A stretch of DNA of 59,263 nt from Octopus sinensis (Eukaryota): NCBI RefSeq assembly GCF_006345805.1, contig NW_021832990.1, positions 1 to 59,263 of the forward strand. Direction: 5' to 3'. This document shows, piece after piece, positions 25,140-38,999 of this stretch. The translations under genes and the position numbers were made by a program. The notes under the pieces were generated by a model, which ran no database searches, was not told where the DNA came from, and saw only the letters and a program-made list of their open reading frames with translations. How positions within the stretch are numbered: the stretch's first letter is position 1; every line of letters starts with the position of its first letter.

Positions 25140-25841
25140 GAAACCTATAGGCCTTCCTGCAAATAAAAATACAGTAGTTTAAAAAAGACAGGACCGTCTC
25201 CTTTGGGACCTCATAATGCCACAAGAGCTAATGATGTTAAAGAAGATCTTATTGATAAAGCTGGTAGAACTAACTTACATTCTCTTTCTGCGATTATCGG
25301 AAATGTCAATGGTGTCTCTGAAGGCGAATGGGTGTCTCAGATTGCCTTTGCCGCGAAGCAAAGACTTGGAAGGATGCCAAGAGGTGGCTGGAACCTTGTC
25401 CTGGAGAAGTTCAATGAGAAGTACTCGGCAAAGTGCTCCAGTTTATGCAAACTAAAGAGCATGGCTAGACGGAATAACAATGTGCAAGGGAGATACGACT
25501 CTTCCAGAGTGCAAGGTGACGTGGACGTAAAAATCTCCAGTTTCAGAAATTGCCTAGAGGAACTCAAATTCCAATTTGGGAAAGTCCAGTCTATTCGAAG
25601 AGACTCTCGAAAGCCAACTCCAAAAGTGCAGCGAAGGATGGTAAAAACTGATATCCTGGATGGATTAAACTTTGCAATTTATCATATTACAAAAGATGAT
25701 CCGTCCCAAGATATTAATCAAATTACCGATATTCTATATGCTGCACAATGTGCTTATTTGGCTTTAACTACGAGAGCCAGATCACAGAGCACATGGTTGG
25801 AAAACACGGAAAGAAAAATCTCTAAATTAGCAGTTGATTGA
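25140..25841 (+). mobile_element. Probable N-terminal fragment of an R4/NeSL-like retrotransposon ORF
   Basis: Intron-less, GC-richer 212-codon ORF (TPKVQRR..., ILYAAQCAY, WLENTERKI) next to the previous fragment; family assignment is inferred. Confidence 0.45.
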
Positions 25842-26978
25842 GATTTTACAAAGTTATCATAAAATGTTTAAATAAACATTAATGGAACATCTGGCCTGAG
25901 CATCAATGTTGTTGAAATTTTTTTAACGTTTTCCTTTACTTTTTTTAGTAATTTTTAAGATGGTTCGATGTGATGTTCTGATTTATTTTCATTACGAAAA
26001 CTTTGAATTTCATCCTTCGATAAATACTCAGTTCTTTCGAATGATGATCTGGTTTCTCAATTATCCAACAAAGAAACAATATTAAATCCCGAAGATCCGA
26101 AAAATAATCTAAAAATAAAATTCATGAAAAAACATAAAAGATGACTTTCCGGTAACAAGATGAATAGTAGTGGTCTTCATAAATCTTCTTTATCTCTCAA
26201 TCACGTAATCAAGATGAAACTTCAGAGTTATAAAACTCTTTTTCATTACCTGTGTGTAAGGTTTCAGGTTGTCCAACTAGGTAAAACAAGTCTTCAAAAG
26301 AATTTCTTATATTTTGAGAAGTTTTACTCATTACACTATGACATACGACAGTTTATAATTTAGCGGACTACTTAATAGAAACAATTTGGTTTATACTATG
26401 GACCCTAAATTTCTATGATTATTTTAGTTTACTGTCATCAATTTAGTGCTAACAATGTTGACAAATAAAATAATAACACAAATAAAATAATAATGTAGAT
26501 AGATTAAAATCGTGATTAGAGACAATCAACAATTGAATAGTCTAGAAAAAATGATGACTGCGTAAAACATTTTTTTGTTTTAGATATATGATACGAAAAC
26601 AGGAATTTTATAAATAATTTTAAGGACATTTTTGCCTATCATTTAATAAAATATGACCTCCATTTTGAGTTTTCTAAAAAATCTTTATTTTCATTATTTT
26701 ATTAATTTTTGCAGCCTTTATCTTAATTCCTACTTGTGAACAAAGATTTAATTGAACATTATTTATGAGAAATTCCATAGTTTGAATCAAAAAAAATTTT
26801 AATGATAATATTAAATCTTAAGCTTCCCAATAATCAACTACCGCATCAATAAAAAAACTAAGACAATTTGGAATTAATTAGAATAATTAACTTATTCACT
26901 CGCTTGCTCTTGAAAAATTGTGAAACCTTAAGTGCTTCTGGATACACGGACGTGCTATTGTCGCTGTTAATGATATTA

Positions 26979-27582
26979 TGTCGCGAGCGCTGCGAGCGAT
27001 CGAGCGCTGAGAGCGACTTTGACGCCTAACAAGCCTGTCATCAACAAATATATTTATTAAATTATTTAAAATTTTAACATGATTTAAAATTAAAATTGAA
27101 ATAACTTAAGTTTTCCATTGAATCCCATAAAATAATTTATAAGTAGACCTTAATATAAAAAGTAAAATCAATGAATACTGAACGCTAATTTGGTTTAGGT
27201 TGTGAGGGGGGTAATAATTTGACAGATCTCATTGCTATTTCTCGTTTCAATCTCTAAAATTAGGTCTTCTAATCACAAATGAACTGTGCAGACAGGCTTG
27301 CTCCTTCAGAAGATTTCTTTTTTGACATTTTAATAATTATGAAGCATTTAGATTTTTCTCATTATTCTAAATATCAATTACAAATTTTAAAATATTATTT
27401 TTATTTATGAAATCGGTTTTAAAGCACATTCTGCTTTGGCATCGATTTTAATTTTTGTAATCGAATATATTTAAACCCAAATACCAGCGCGGGTATTTGT
27501 CAATTTATGAATTTGTTGATTGATCGCATCTAGAAATTGAGTGATCGCTCGCTGCGTTCGGTCGCTCGCAGCGCTCGCGACA
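26979..27582. mobile_element. MITE with 21-bp perfect TIRs, TGT...ACA ends and 5-bp TSD (Ginger2/TDD-like), copy 1
   Basis: tgtcgcgagcgctgcgagcga at 26979 and its reverse complement ending at 27582; flanked on both sides by tatta. Confidence 0.92.
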
Positions 27583-27658
27583 TATTAAATACTAAAGACT
27601 AACTCATCAAATTAGTTTTTTTAAAGATTTATTTAATAGTAAGTATTATATTGATAGT

Positions 27659-28969
27659 TTATTTTATCAGTTTTTTCCATTTCTCTTCGTTTAATTTTAG
27701 CGACATCTACAATTAAAATTTTTTGAAACTTTTGCAATTTCAGCTTTTCGCTGCCATTCTTGACATATTTGTGTTTTTTCTTTAAGTTCTTTAGTTAATT
27801 TGACATAATCAACAATTTCGGGGACAATATATTCCTCAAGTTTTTTTTTCATTCTTATATTCACATTTTCTGCGAGATTTTTATCCTTTAAATCTATTTA
27901 TAAACTCTAGCGACTTTTTTAGTATCAATAATTTCATTTTCTACACGTTTTATAGCTTCAAGTTTTTGTAATATTTGCGATTCTAGATTCTGATATTCTT
28001 CCGTAGCCGTGTTTAGCTTTTTCTTTTGGTAATTGATAAATGATTTTTACTCGATAATTATTTAAATTTTGAAGGGTTTTTCCACTTAATACTTTTAAGT
28101 ATAACAATTCTTGATTTTTTTCGTCAATTTTGTCCAAATATTGGGAGTTTTCAATTTTTAACTGCAAAAAATCCACTTCTTGCAACACCTCACCTGTTTC
28201 TTCTTTCTAGTATTGAGTTGTATTACTGCTATTTATACCTGCCTTAATTGTAAAATGAGTTTTTTGTGTTGTATTTTAGCAGAAGATTTTTTTAGTTTTG
28301 TTTTATCAATCAGAGTTGACTGTTTAAAAATTAAATTAAAAATTAACCTTGTTTTTGATAACAGAATTGAAGTATTTTATAATTTTTTCAGCTGTCAGTT
28401 TTTGTGCTTTGGCCATTTTCTCTAAAACTCCATTCTCTGTTTCCAATTCTGTTATTCTTATTTCACATGCCTTTATATTAGTCTATCTAATGATCAAATT
28501 ACTTTATACAATGTAATTTTGCAGTATTTTTCTATATCGTATTTTATTTTTTTTCACAGAGTTGAATACTTCGTCATATTCAGCTAATGCTATTTCATAT
28601 TTTTGTTCAGTAGTAAGACGATTGAGTCGTTCAATCGTACTGCTCCGAGATTTCGAACGTTTTTTCAAACTTCCTTTTGCAGAAATGTTTTCGGGTTGAT
28701 CTGATTTTTTGTCCGCACGAGGTTGTTCATTTTTGTTTTCCAATGCACTCCACTGGAGCTCTTTATTTGTCATTTTTGTCAAATAACGTTCAAACATATC
28801 TAATTCATTTTGAAGTTGTCTGTTGTTTTCCCTACGGCGATGTATTTTTAATAAAATACTTCAATTCTTCAATTTCTTCTTCTAATTTTTCTCGAGAATA
28901 CTGCTCAACGTTAAATTCACTTTCGGCACTCTTAAAAGTCGAGCTGCTATCTATGTCGGAAATAGGCAT
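27659..28969 (-). CDS. CCDC113: Cilia-associated coiled-coil protein CCDC113/CFAP263, multi-exon
   Basis: MFERYL, RLTTEQKYEIA, KKETGEVLQEVDFLQLKIENSQYLDKIDEKNQELLYLK, EYIVPEIVDYV and WQRKAEIA motifs. Confidence 0.85.
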
Positions 28970-29367
28970 TAAAATATGCTTAGCAACTACTGCTATGATA
29001 ATATACATTTTTATAAAACACCTTAATATAAAACCTATTTAAACAAAAATGATTAGATGCTTATGATAATAATAGTTTATAAAAGTTAACAAAAAGTACT
29101 AAATCTTTTTCATTAATTCAATTATCTGCCATATATAAAGCATAGTTTGTTGATCTTTAAAAAACTGTAGTCAAATAAAAATCATGACATCATTTAGATC
29201 ACCTTTCTTTGATTTTATTTCAATAATTTTGCGATTATTTCAAAAATTACTATTTTTAGACCTCGATTGTTTTTTATGGCTACTCATATTTTAATTACTT
29301 AACTAACATTTTGTTATTTTGATTCACATTTTTTGGGGAGACCACTGTACTAAATACATAAAGAGAT

Positions 29368-29500
29368 AAAGTTTAAGCTTTAAAGTCAAATTAGTGTTGA
29401 CGTATCAAGCATTAATATTTTAGCTCTAAACATTACCGTTTAAACCGGATATAAGAAAGAATGAACGTTTTTTGAGAAATTCAATGTTAAAGTAAGAGAT
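29368..29500 (-). repeat. Dispersed repeat homologous to the sequence split by the Tc1 element (empty-site copy)
   Basis: Reverse complement matches 34771-34814 joined to 36236-36290. Confidence 0.75.
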
Positions 29501-30193
29501 ACATAAGGACAAAAAAATATAATATACCTTTTAACAAAAAAACTAATTTTTGAGCTTCAATTGATGAAAAATTCAGAATTCAAGGACCAGGAATTCAGCA
29601 GGGAGATTTACTAAAACTCTTTTTTTATTTATCATAAAATCGTTTTCGCCTATCAATTTTTTGTACATCAATAACATTACTCCTGACAATTTTTTATGAA
29701 CGTTAAAGAATATTTTTCTGGTTTTGAAAACAGACTTAGGATTAAAAACCAAAAGTCCAACCCGACTAATACTCTTATGTCGGCTAATATGTTCACAAAA
29801 GCTTTAATGTCAGGTAAAAGAGTTAAGAAAATCATTCATCTACGGAGTTTTTTGTTCAACAATAAACAGGAAAATTGAGTATGACAATCGTATCTGTGCA
29901 AGCTTTTTTTGTTCGTATTTGCTTCATTCTCATACAAAAACCTGTAATGTCGTATCACCTATTTGTCTTTTTAGCTTTTGAGTGAACACCGCTGTATCAC
30001 CGACATTCTAGTGAACATCGCCGTTGTATTGATAGAATTTCCGAAGTAATTCTCCGGCTATTAAATAATCAATTTTTCTGTTTACTTGATTCTCTGCTTA
30101 TATTATTATTTATTATACTCTATATTTTCATAATAAAAAAACTTAACAATAAAATGGCTCATTTACAATTATTGCGATTGTAATTTTATTGTG

Positions 30194-33100
30194 ATGCAGT
30201 CTAATTCGAATATAAATGCATACATCAGAATAAAGTAAATGAATTTATAATATTCTCAACTAATTAATTAAATATTTTAACCAATAGACCTTCAAATAAA
30301 AAAGAAAAGCTCTCAGATTTATTAAGCTGGACTAAAGAGACTGTAATTTTAAGCAACAAAATAACAGCAGAAAAATCGTTTCAATTCAATCAGGTCTTTG
30401 ACCCATCGACATCTCAAGAGGAAATTTTTGCTCGAATTGTGTTACCTGCAATTGACTCTTGCTTAGAAGGATATAACTGCACATTTTTTGCGTATGTTAA
30501 GTACTGACTTATTTGTACAGATATGGGCAAACTGGGACAGGCAAGACATATACCATGGAGGGATGTGGATCAACAGACAATGATGACGAGGAAGGAATAA
30601 TTCCACGGGCAGTTGCCTCAATTTTTCAAAAAATAGCGAATTTTGTATTTGTCTGTAATTATTGAAGGGTTCAAGGGGTTTGTGGTAAAGATATCGTTCA
30701 TTGAATTGTTTAACGAAGAATTGGTTGATTTATTGTCGAATGAGTCAAACAAATTATATATCTACGACGATACTATTAACAAAGGGGCAGTTATCGTAAA
30801 AGGAGTTAAAGAAATTGAAATTTCTAGTCTTGATGAATTTCGGTGCCTTTTTAAACTAGGAGTCTCCAAACGGACAACATGTTCAACCGCATTGAATGAG
30901 AGATCAAGGTTTTTTGACATGATGTTATAATACAGTCGGTCTCATTCCATTTTCACTATCAAAGTGTACAATCGGACTGGAAGGTCTAAGGAAATATTGA
31001 GAGTCGGGAAATTTAATTTGGTTGATTTAGCAGGGTCAGAAAATATAAGTCGAACAAGTTCTGATTCTCGCGTAAGTGGTAAGGCAACCTTGTTAATGTA
31101 TTTCAATTTAGGAAACATAAACAAGAGTCTTCTCACTCTCGGGAGAGTCATCATTAGTCTAGCCAACAAGGGAAGGCATATTCCTTATAGGTTATTAATT
31201 ATAATAAATATTTTAAATTAATTCAGAATAACTAATGAACTATTTATTATTAGAAAAAATTAATAAATTTAGAGAAAGTAAATTGACACGTATTCTCAAA
31301 GACTCATTGGGTGGGGCATGCCGTACGAGTATTATTGCAACGATATCAACCTCGTCTCAGTACATAAATGAGACCCTGTCGACATTGGAATACGCCTGTC
31401 GTACAAGGACTATATGCAATTCGCCATCATTGCACACACAATATACCACAGTGGAATTAGTAGAGGTTATAAGTCATTCAACAATTCATAGCAATATAAA
31501 TGCACAATTGAACGTCTCAAAGCTGATTTATTAGCAACCAAGAATAGAGTTGGCGTCAAAATGAGTTCAAAAGAGTTGGAGGAGTTGGAAACATATATTT
31601 CTTCCTCTCAAGCACACATAAACGAGCTGACAGACATGATTATCTTCATGAATATGGAGACTTCGACTGTATCTAAGAAAGTGGAAGAAGAGAAACATAA
31701 TCTGGAAGTCAGAAAGTCACACCTCGAACACATATCGATCAAGACTCACCGGTTTAACGACTTGATTAAAGTTTTCACCGATTTATTGGAGGATACAAAG
31801 CGAGACTTGGACAAAATTGATGGAAAAATGGCCGAATCAGCCGAATTTGAGTCGGAATTGAGAGAAAGTATTGAAAAGGTTGTTTATGATCTATATTTTC
31901 AGATATATGGAGAAATCTCTGAGTTGACAGATCAGTCTGTGGATATGATAGACTGTTTGAAACAAAGGAAGGATAAAGTGGAGTCCGTTTATTCCAATCT
32001 TGAAGAAAAACGTGACAAATTAGTTACAAAATGGAGGGAATTTTTGGAAGAAATTACCAACAGAAAGCCACAATGCGAACCACTTGTCGACCAAAAAAGT
32101 AATTGGCCTTTTTTATTCATAGTTCCCGATAATTCAAAGCTTTCTTTTGAAAAATTGCAGGATTCTGTGATTGAAAACTTTTCCAATGTTTCTGATGAGT
32201 TTTTGAGGAAAGTTGATGAAGTGAAATTAACCTTATCAATGAGCAATGAAGAGCAAGAGAAGGAGGACGTGATTAAGATTATGGAGGAATATCCACAGAA
32301 AATAAAAATGTGGTCAAAGGGGGTTAAAGAAAGTTTCGAATTATTTTGTGTGGTATTTCAACTGTTATTCCATTTAGAATTTTAAACATTTTGTCAATCA
32401 AAAGTTACTAAATTTTGATTTGTGCGTGGAGAGGAAGAATAAAATTATTGCTGAAAGTCTGAGAATTTACAATGATTACACAACGAGGCTTAAGAGAGTC
32501 ATTACAATCATTGATATAATCGTAGTCAAGTTCAATGAACTTAAAACTGTTGGGCGTTATTTTTAAACGATAGTTCGTATATTTGAGTGACATACAGATT
32601 GGAAGTGAGGTAGTCTGTTATATAATAATAACTGATAGTATAAAGAAGCGAAGGAGAATGCAGAACGTATCAATAAGCAGCTTAATTTTGAATGTGACAT
32701 GTGAGTAGTTGGGGATATTTTTCGTAGGTTAGTTAAAGATTTGATGGACCATTATTTACAAAGGAAAGACTATGAATCACAGCTTGCTAAAGTTTTGAAT
32801 GGAATTAGTGAGAGAACGAAAAAGGTGTTGAGAATTGTCACTATTCTCATAGTTTGATGACTATAGAGAAAAATTATTTTTTCAAGGTCGTAGTTACTTT
32901 GAGTCAATGTTGAAATATGCGGAAATTATGAAGCACATAACCTCATCCTTTCACACAAGGATTCGATCATTCTTGGATAGTCAGAGAAATGAAGAAAGAA
33001 GTGATTTTCAAAATCACATTAACAATTCTATGCATATTACCAAAAAATCGTCGAGTTGTTACTTGGGTGAGTATTTTGATGGTTTTGAAAATCTGATTTT

Positions 33101-33315
33101 GGAACAAAAAGAGGTTTCAAGCCAAACTGCTGCTTTTACTGATGTTTGTTTCCATTCACTGACAACATTATTCAACGATTTCTCTATGAAGCTAACTATG
33201 TTAACAGCAATGTGTCAAAATGGTTTAAATAATTTTTAGAGTTTTAGTTGATGTTCAAGAAGTTTTGGGAAGCAACAATAGTGAAGAAAAAAGTAGCGAC
33301 GATACCGTTGATTAA
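30194..33315 (+). CDS. KIF11: Kinesin motor protein, most similar to kinesin-5 (Eg5/BimC), multi-exon
   Basis: [92 protein letters not shown]...TSIIATIS, ETLSTLEYA, then coiled coil. Confidence 0.85.
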
Positions 33316-34814
33316 TTTTGCGATAATTTTGTTTTGTGAATTTATGTGGTTTCAATTTCTGATTAATAATCTCCTAATTAGTAATTTAAATAATTTACCT
33401 AAAATGGAAGTGCGAACCCCCGCGATCTGATTGTGACTTTTTATGTATTCACATTTTTGCACACCTGCTGTCACAATAATGCACAGTTTTCTTGTATTTG
33501 TTACAGAATTCAGATAGTTTATGACTATGAAAAGAACCTTCTGACCGCGGGGACCTATTTCCACACTCAAGTTAATTAGTTAGAACAACATGACATTCCT
33601 CTATCTTGTAAGTTTATATTCTTCTCATTGATTTTGATCGGCAACTTTGGTCTGCGTCTTTGACAGTGTCTTGATAATTTTTTATTTAATCGAAGAACCA
33701 CCAACAGTTAATTAGGGTAATAATTAGGTGATTCCAACAATCCTCAAGATCTTTCTCAGCTTTTCCGATGTTGGACTCTGGACTCAACGCAAGTGCGGGA
33801 CAGGTGGGGAGAAGTTTTTGTGAGGAATTGAATCGGGGTGATGTGGTTCGGATTGCTAAGGTCTTGGTCTGTCTCGATATTTAATTATGTGGTGAGGGAA
33901 CTCACTACTTATGTCCGATATATTCTTCAACAGTGGTTAAGTAGGTTTTCTCATCTAATTCAGCCTGAAGAATTGCGACACTTCTATTACAAGCACCGTT
34001 CCTTCATTAGTAAAAGATTTTTCTATAGTAGTGGACGCGACAAGCAATCCACTAACTTTAGTGTTTCAATTTTTTGTAAAAGAGATTCTCTGGAGTTAGC
34101 GTATATTCTGGCTTTAGAAACATCTGAGGATAAATCAAAGCACTGATTTTGTTGATAACGATTTCATATTTGATTTTAGAATCTGTAATGTTCCCTCCAC
34201 AAGCTTAACAGAAAAAACATCAAGGCAGAAAAAACATCGAAATCTATTGTCTTTATTATTTTACTTTTATCAGATAAATCCAACAAATCATTTTTTGAAA
34301 ACAAGCTTCTAATTAAAATTGATTGTACCTGAGAAGATACTTCAAATTAGAATAATTAAAACTTAATTCCTTTTTATCCACTCCAAATCAATTTTTTAAA
34401 TACATAAGTACATTTATTGGAAATGTTTTTAATTATTGGAACCTTTAAATGAGTCCATAGTTTTTGAACGAATTTGGGTTCGAAAGGTTTTTCACTCTTA
34501 AAATTAGATAACTACTTCTTTATGTAATATGAGAAACAAACATCTATTAATTTCAAATTAATAAAAATGAAATCTCTTATATTGTTTTCTGAGGCGCAAA
34601 ACAAATATGTTTCTGTTTTTTACTTGGAGTACCGTCAAGTGGGGAGAACTGTCTTTTATCTTCGATTTCAATTTGTAAACATAGAAAATTATCTGCATAC
34701 TTTTTTCTTTGGTTCAGTGGCATTATCAATATTTTTCCTCGTAGGTATTTTCAACTAAACCAAATAGTTTTTACTTTAACATTGAATTCCCCGAAAAACG
34801 TTAATGTTTACTTA

Positions 34815-36233
34815 CACTCCATGTAATAAAAAACCGGATTTTCGAATGCTTAATTTTTGTGATATCCTGCTTTTAATTTTAGACTTTTTTTAATTTATAA
34901 TGATAATCTTCGTAACTTTCCTTTTTATAATTTTTTAATAATCTTTTTGTATAGCTAAACTGACTATATTAAATTTTTTCTGTATAAAAAAATACCGTAT
35001 TAGAAAAAAAGTCAAATGATTAATAATTAATGTGTCCTCCGTGTGCCTTATAAAGCTCAATGCTTCTTCTTGGCATGCTTTTAGTTAGTTTTCTCACAAA
35101 TTCCATTGGTATTTCGTCCCAAATTTTTATGATATTTTTGCATAAATCCTTTTTACTATGCAGCTTTTTTTTACTCAATTCTTCCTTTTTGTAGCTCCAC
35201 ACATGTTCAATTAGGTTCAAGTCTGGTGATTGTGGTGCACAATTTAATAATTCAATTTTTTTCTCATCCAAAAATTGTTTTGTTCTCCGTGAATTATGAA
35301 AGGGGGCCAAATCTTGTTGGAAAATAAAACGATTTAGCCCCATTTTATCTGCCGATTTCCACAAATTATTTATTAAAATGTTGATATATACAGCAGAATT
35401 TATTTTTTCATTTACTATAACCAAATTCCCCTTTCCATGACAGGAGATACAATCTCATACCATAATTTTTCCACCACCAAACTTCAAAGTTGGCGTTAAA
35501 TGGGCATAATTTAAGGCTGTATTTTTTTCTAAAGCAAAATTTTCTTTTTTAAGATGAAAAAATTTCAAAGGAAGCCTCGTCACTCTATATAACAGTTGTC
35601 CACGTTTGATTGCTTATTGCAGAAAAGATTATTGAAAGCTCGTATCGTTTTTCACTATTTTTTTGATAAAAAAGGTTTTCTTTTACACACATGCTTTGTA
35701 ATGATTTTTATGTAGATAATTGTTTATTGTTTTTTTGCAGACAACTTTTCCTGTAAAATCGAAGACTTCTTTCAGGTTGGCAAGTGTTTTTTTGATTTTT
35801 TCACAATGTTGACAAGTTTACAAATATCTGAGTTAGAGAGCTTTTTGGGTCTTCCAGAACCAGGCATACGATCAACAGTCCCTTTTTTATTTAACTTATT
35901 CAGAAAATCATTGAGAGTCGAAGTTGGAATATTCAGCTCCTCAACAATCTTCTTTTGTGTCCAATTTAATTGAATGAGAGCTAGAATCTTTCCTTTAGTG
36001 ATTTTATCAAGCATTTTTTTCAAATACCTGAAAATTGACTTAGCAACAGACTAATCAAAAAAAATCCAAGATTTTATCAAGATCAATTATTCAAATATAC
36101 ATTATAATTTTAAAAATAGTAAAAAAATACAACAAACGATTGCTGAAAAGTAATTTAAAAATTGATATACATTTAAAAAAATACTAGTAAAAACATGCAA
36201 ACTTGAAAATCCGGTTTTTTATTACATGGAGTG
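34815..36233 (-). mobile_element. Full-length-size Tc1 element with disrupted transposase
   Basis: 29-bp TIR cactccatgtaataaaaaaccggattttc at both ends, TA duplication, and GSGRPKKL, KFGGGKIMV, FQQDLAPFH and SPDLNLIEHVW motifs. Confidence 0.95.
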
Positions 36234-36251
36234 TATATGCAGTTTAAAGCG

Positions 36252-36345
36252 AATGTTTAGAGCTTTGACATTAATGTTTGATGCGTCAACAATAATGTTT
36301 GAAGGGTCAACACTAATGCTTGCGTTTTTGACGTTAAAGCTTGGA
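36252..36345 (+). repeat. Degenerate 21-bp tandem repeat (~4 copies)
   Basis: aatgtttagagctttgacatt / aatgtttgatgcgtcaacaat / aatgtttgaagggtcaacact / aatgcttgcgtttttgacgtt. Confidence 0.7.
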
Positions 36346-37086
36346 AAATCCTATATTAACAAGATATATTTCATCTTTGACACAGAATAACCAGTTTTTG
36401 AAATAAAATTCATGACAAAATTGCCCAGATTAATGACCCGTAACATATCTTACATTTGTAAGAATCGTGATTTTCAAATTCTATAACTACAGAAAGAAAA
36501 AATACGGTAGAGATAATTTATCAATTTTATGACCATTAATAGGCCTCCAAAAATCTTACCAGGGACGAGTATAAGTATGGCAAATATATTACTGTCATCT
36601 CATTCGATTCCGAGACTTTCAATGTGTCTTGTACCATAAAGACATTTTTTTCATTTTTAAGATGTTTTCTAATACCTTTGAAGTCAACCGGGAATGTTGT
36701 TTTTAGTAGACTTTGTAGCGTGGTGCGTCTAATAAAAAGTAATCATTCATGACCGCATCCGCGGAGGCATTCATATCTATTCATGTTATTAACCAACTAA
36801 TTTTACAGAAATACTTTGAAAATATTATATATGGATTCCAAAGAATATCTTGCTGTAATATATTTTTACAATTATGAAATAAATTCTAGTTATTCTGACA
36901 CAATTGTTAATTTTTGTGTTGTGTTTTTTTATTGATTATTCTAATTTAAATAAGAGTTTCAAAATATATAAGTATTAATTAATCAAATAGTTTGGGTATT
37001 CTAATAAATTTCCTATATATTCTGTTTGTTTTTTCTCAGAAATCGGAAGTTCGTTAGTTCGATTAAAATTTGTTTTTCTTAAGATA

Positions 37087-37320
37087 CAGTGGGGCAAATA
37101 AGTCATGGCACACCTATCATTTTTTTTAATTCAATATATTTTTACAATGATAACTTTTTCGATTTAGTTCATCATGCTACACAATAAAATCTTGCATTCT
37201 TTTGAACCCATTTCGTGCTAATTATATTCATGAATTTCAAATAAATATAATTGTTTTGCTTCATATTTAGAAAAACGTCAAATTTGATGTGTAAAAAAGT
37301 GATGACACTATCAAAAAATA
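37087..37320. mobile_element. Tc1-type terminal fragment
   Basis: ta|cagtggggcaaataagtcatggcacac terminus, similar to the TIR ending at 55098. Confidence 0.55.
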
Positions 37321-37599
37321 TGGATTTTTTGACAATAAGATACAAATGATTATCTTTTGGTGCCTTGTTTTTTCTTTAAAATAATTGATTCTTAGTTCTA
37401 TTAATATAATTGATTAGTAGATTCCGATTAGTATAAATATACTTTTATTTTGTATGTTTTCTTTGACTTAATATGATCTTCAAAAACAGACTACATGTTC
37501 AACTTATATTTTATTTATTGAATAATTAATACTGTAAACAAATATATTACCAAGAAAAACTATTGATCAAACCCAAAATGAGAAATTAACTACTTCATT

Positions 37600-38400
37600 A
37601 CCCTGGTCTCCGAAAATTTTTCTCCTCTTGGGAGAACTATCCTCGAACGATCTATCACTTTCATTCTCCTAGTCATTCATAATTTGTCTATTTGTTTTAT
37701 CCGAGGAGTCTTTGCAAAATTAATGTGTCATTTCAACCAACTGGCTGGTTGCCGTAATGAATTCTTCTTGTAGCGTATGAATGTCATGCCTATGCTCCAC
37801 CACCATGCTTTTAATGTATTCTTTATCACAAGTTCCTGAATGTATGTTCTCGTCGGCCCTTCAACGGATAATTTTTCCATTTAGGCTTGTAACAGGTTGA
37901 AACCAACCCTTCCCATGTCAGCACAATTGGAATGATCTTCATAGGTGCCCCGTAAAGTATCCTTGATTATACAGCCAGAAGATCGTATTTATGTAATTTT
38001 CCACTTCGATTTGCTGGGTCTCTCCTGCGGTATAATTTCTTCTTCAATTATGTTAACATAAATGATTAAGAAATTAATCTAGAGCAATGGTTCTCAAACG
38101 ATAGACCCGTGTGAAATCCAATAACTGTTTCACGTCTCTCTGATGGTCATTCGGCGATTCTATCCGCTGGGGGTATGTGACCTCTTCCATTCTTCGTTTT
38201 TAATACAATTAACCCCTGAATAAATTAAAAAACTATTTATTTGTGGTATTTTGTTATATCAACCTCACCTTCTTAGTGCTCGCGTTCACTGCATGGATGG
38301 GTTCGATTTTTCGTGAACAAATATGTCGGGCTTGTTATTCGGATTAATTTAAATAAATAATTCCCTCTTCAGTTCCCCCTCAGCGGGATTTGTGCGCCTG
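37600..38400 (-). mobile_element. R4-like non-LTR fragments (REL region), rearranged
   Basis: NNKPDIFVHE at ~38310-38340 and IIPIVLTWEGLV at ~37900-37940. Confidence 0.6.
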
Positions 38401-38999
38401 ACAATCTTCAGCCAGAGGTGCGAGACTGAATAATGTGTCTTTTGTCAGAGGATCTAGAAATAGAAAGATTAGTAGTTAATAAACAACATCATCCATCTCA
38501 TTAATTGAATATTTTTTTCCTTATTTTTTTAAAAATCGATAAGGGGTACAAAAAATATATGCTTTTTTGAGATTCAAAAAGTTTCCAAGCATATACCAAA
38601 GAGTTGGTTTGAACAAAAATTGATAAGCATAATAGTAGAATAAAAATGTGGTTTTGAAAATATATCTACCTCAGGCAACATATTTCACAAATGAAGATAA
38701 TCGGGAAAGAGACGCCAAGATTTTTATAATTATCGTTGATGAACGAAACAGATCTGAAGTGACGCTGCTGAGCAAAAAAGTATCATGGGATACAAAAGTT
38801 AATTAATTATTTATCTTATTTAAAAGTTTATGTAATAAATACTCATTGATTCATGAGAAATTTTAATTTTCAATATAATAGTTTTTGAACTTATTTTTAT
38901 GCTGTCTAAACACAAAAATAAATGAAATTAGAAATTGTTTTAATTAGTATTTGTAAAATCTTATTAAATTAACAAGTTTTGTTTCCATTAGAAGATTAA

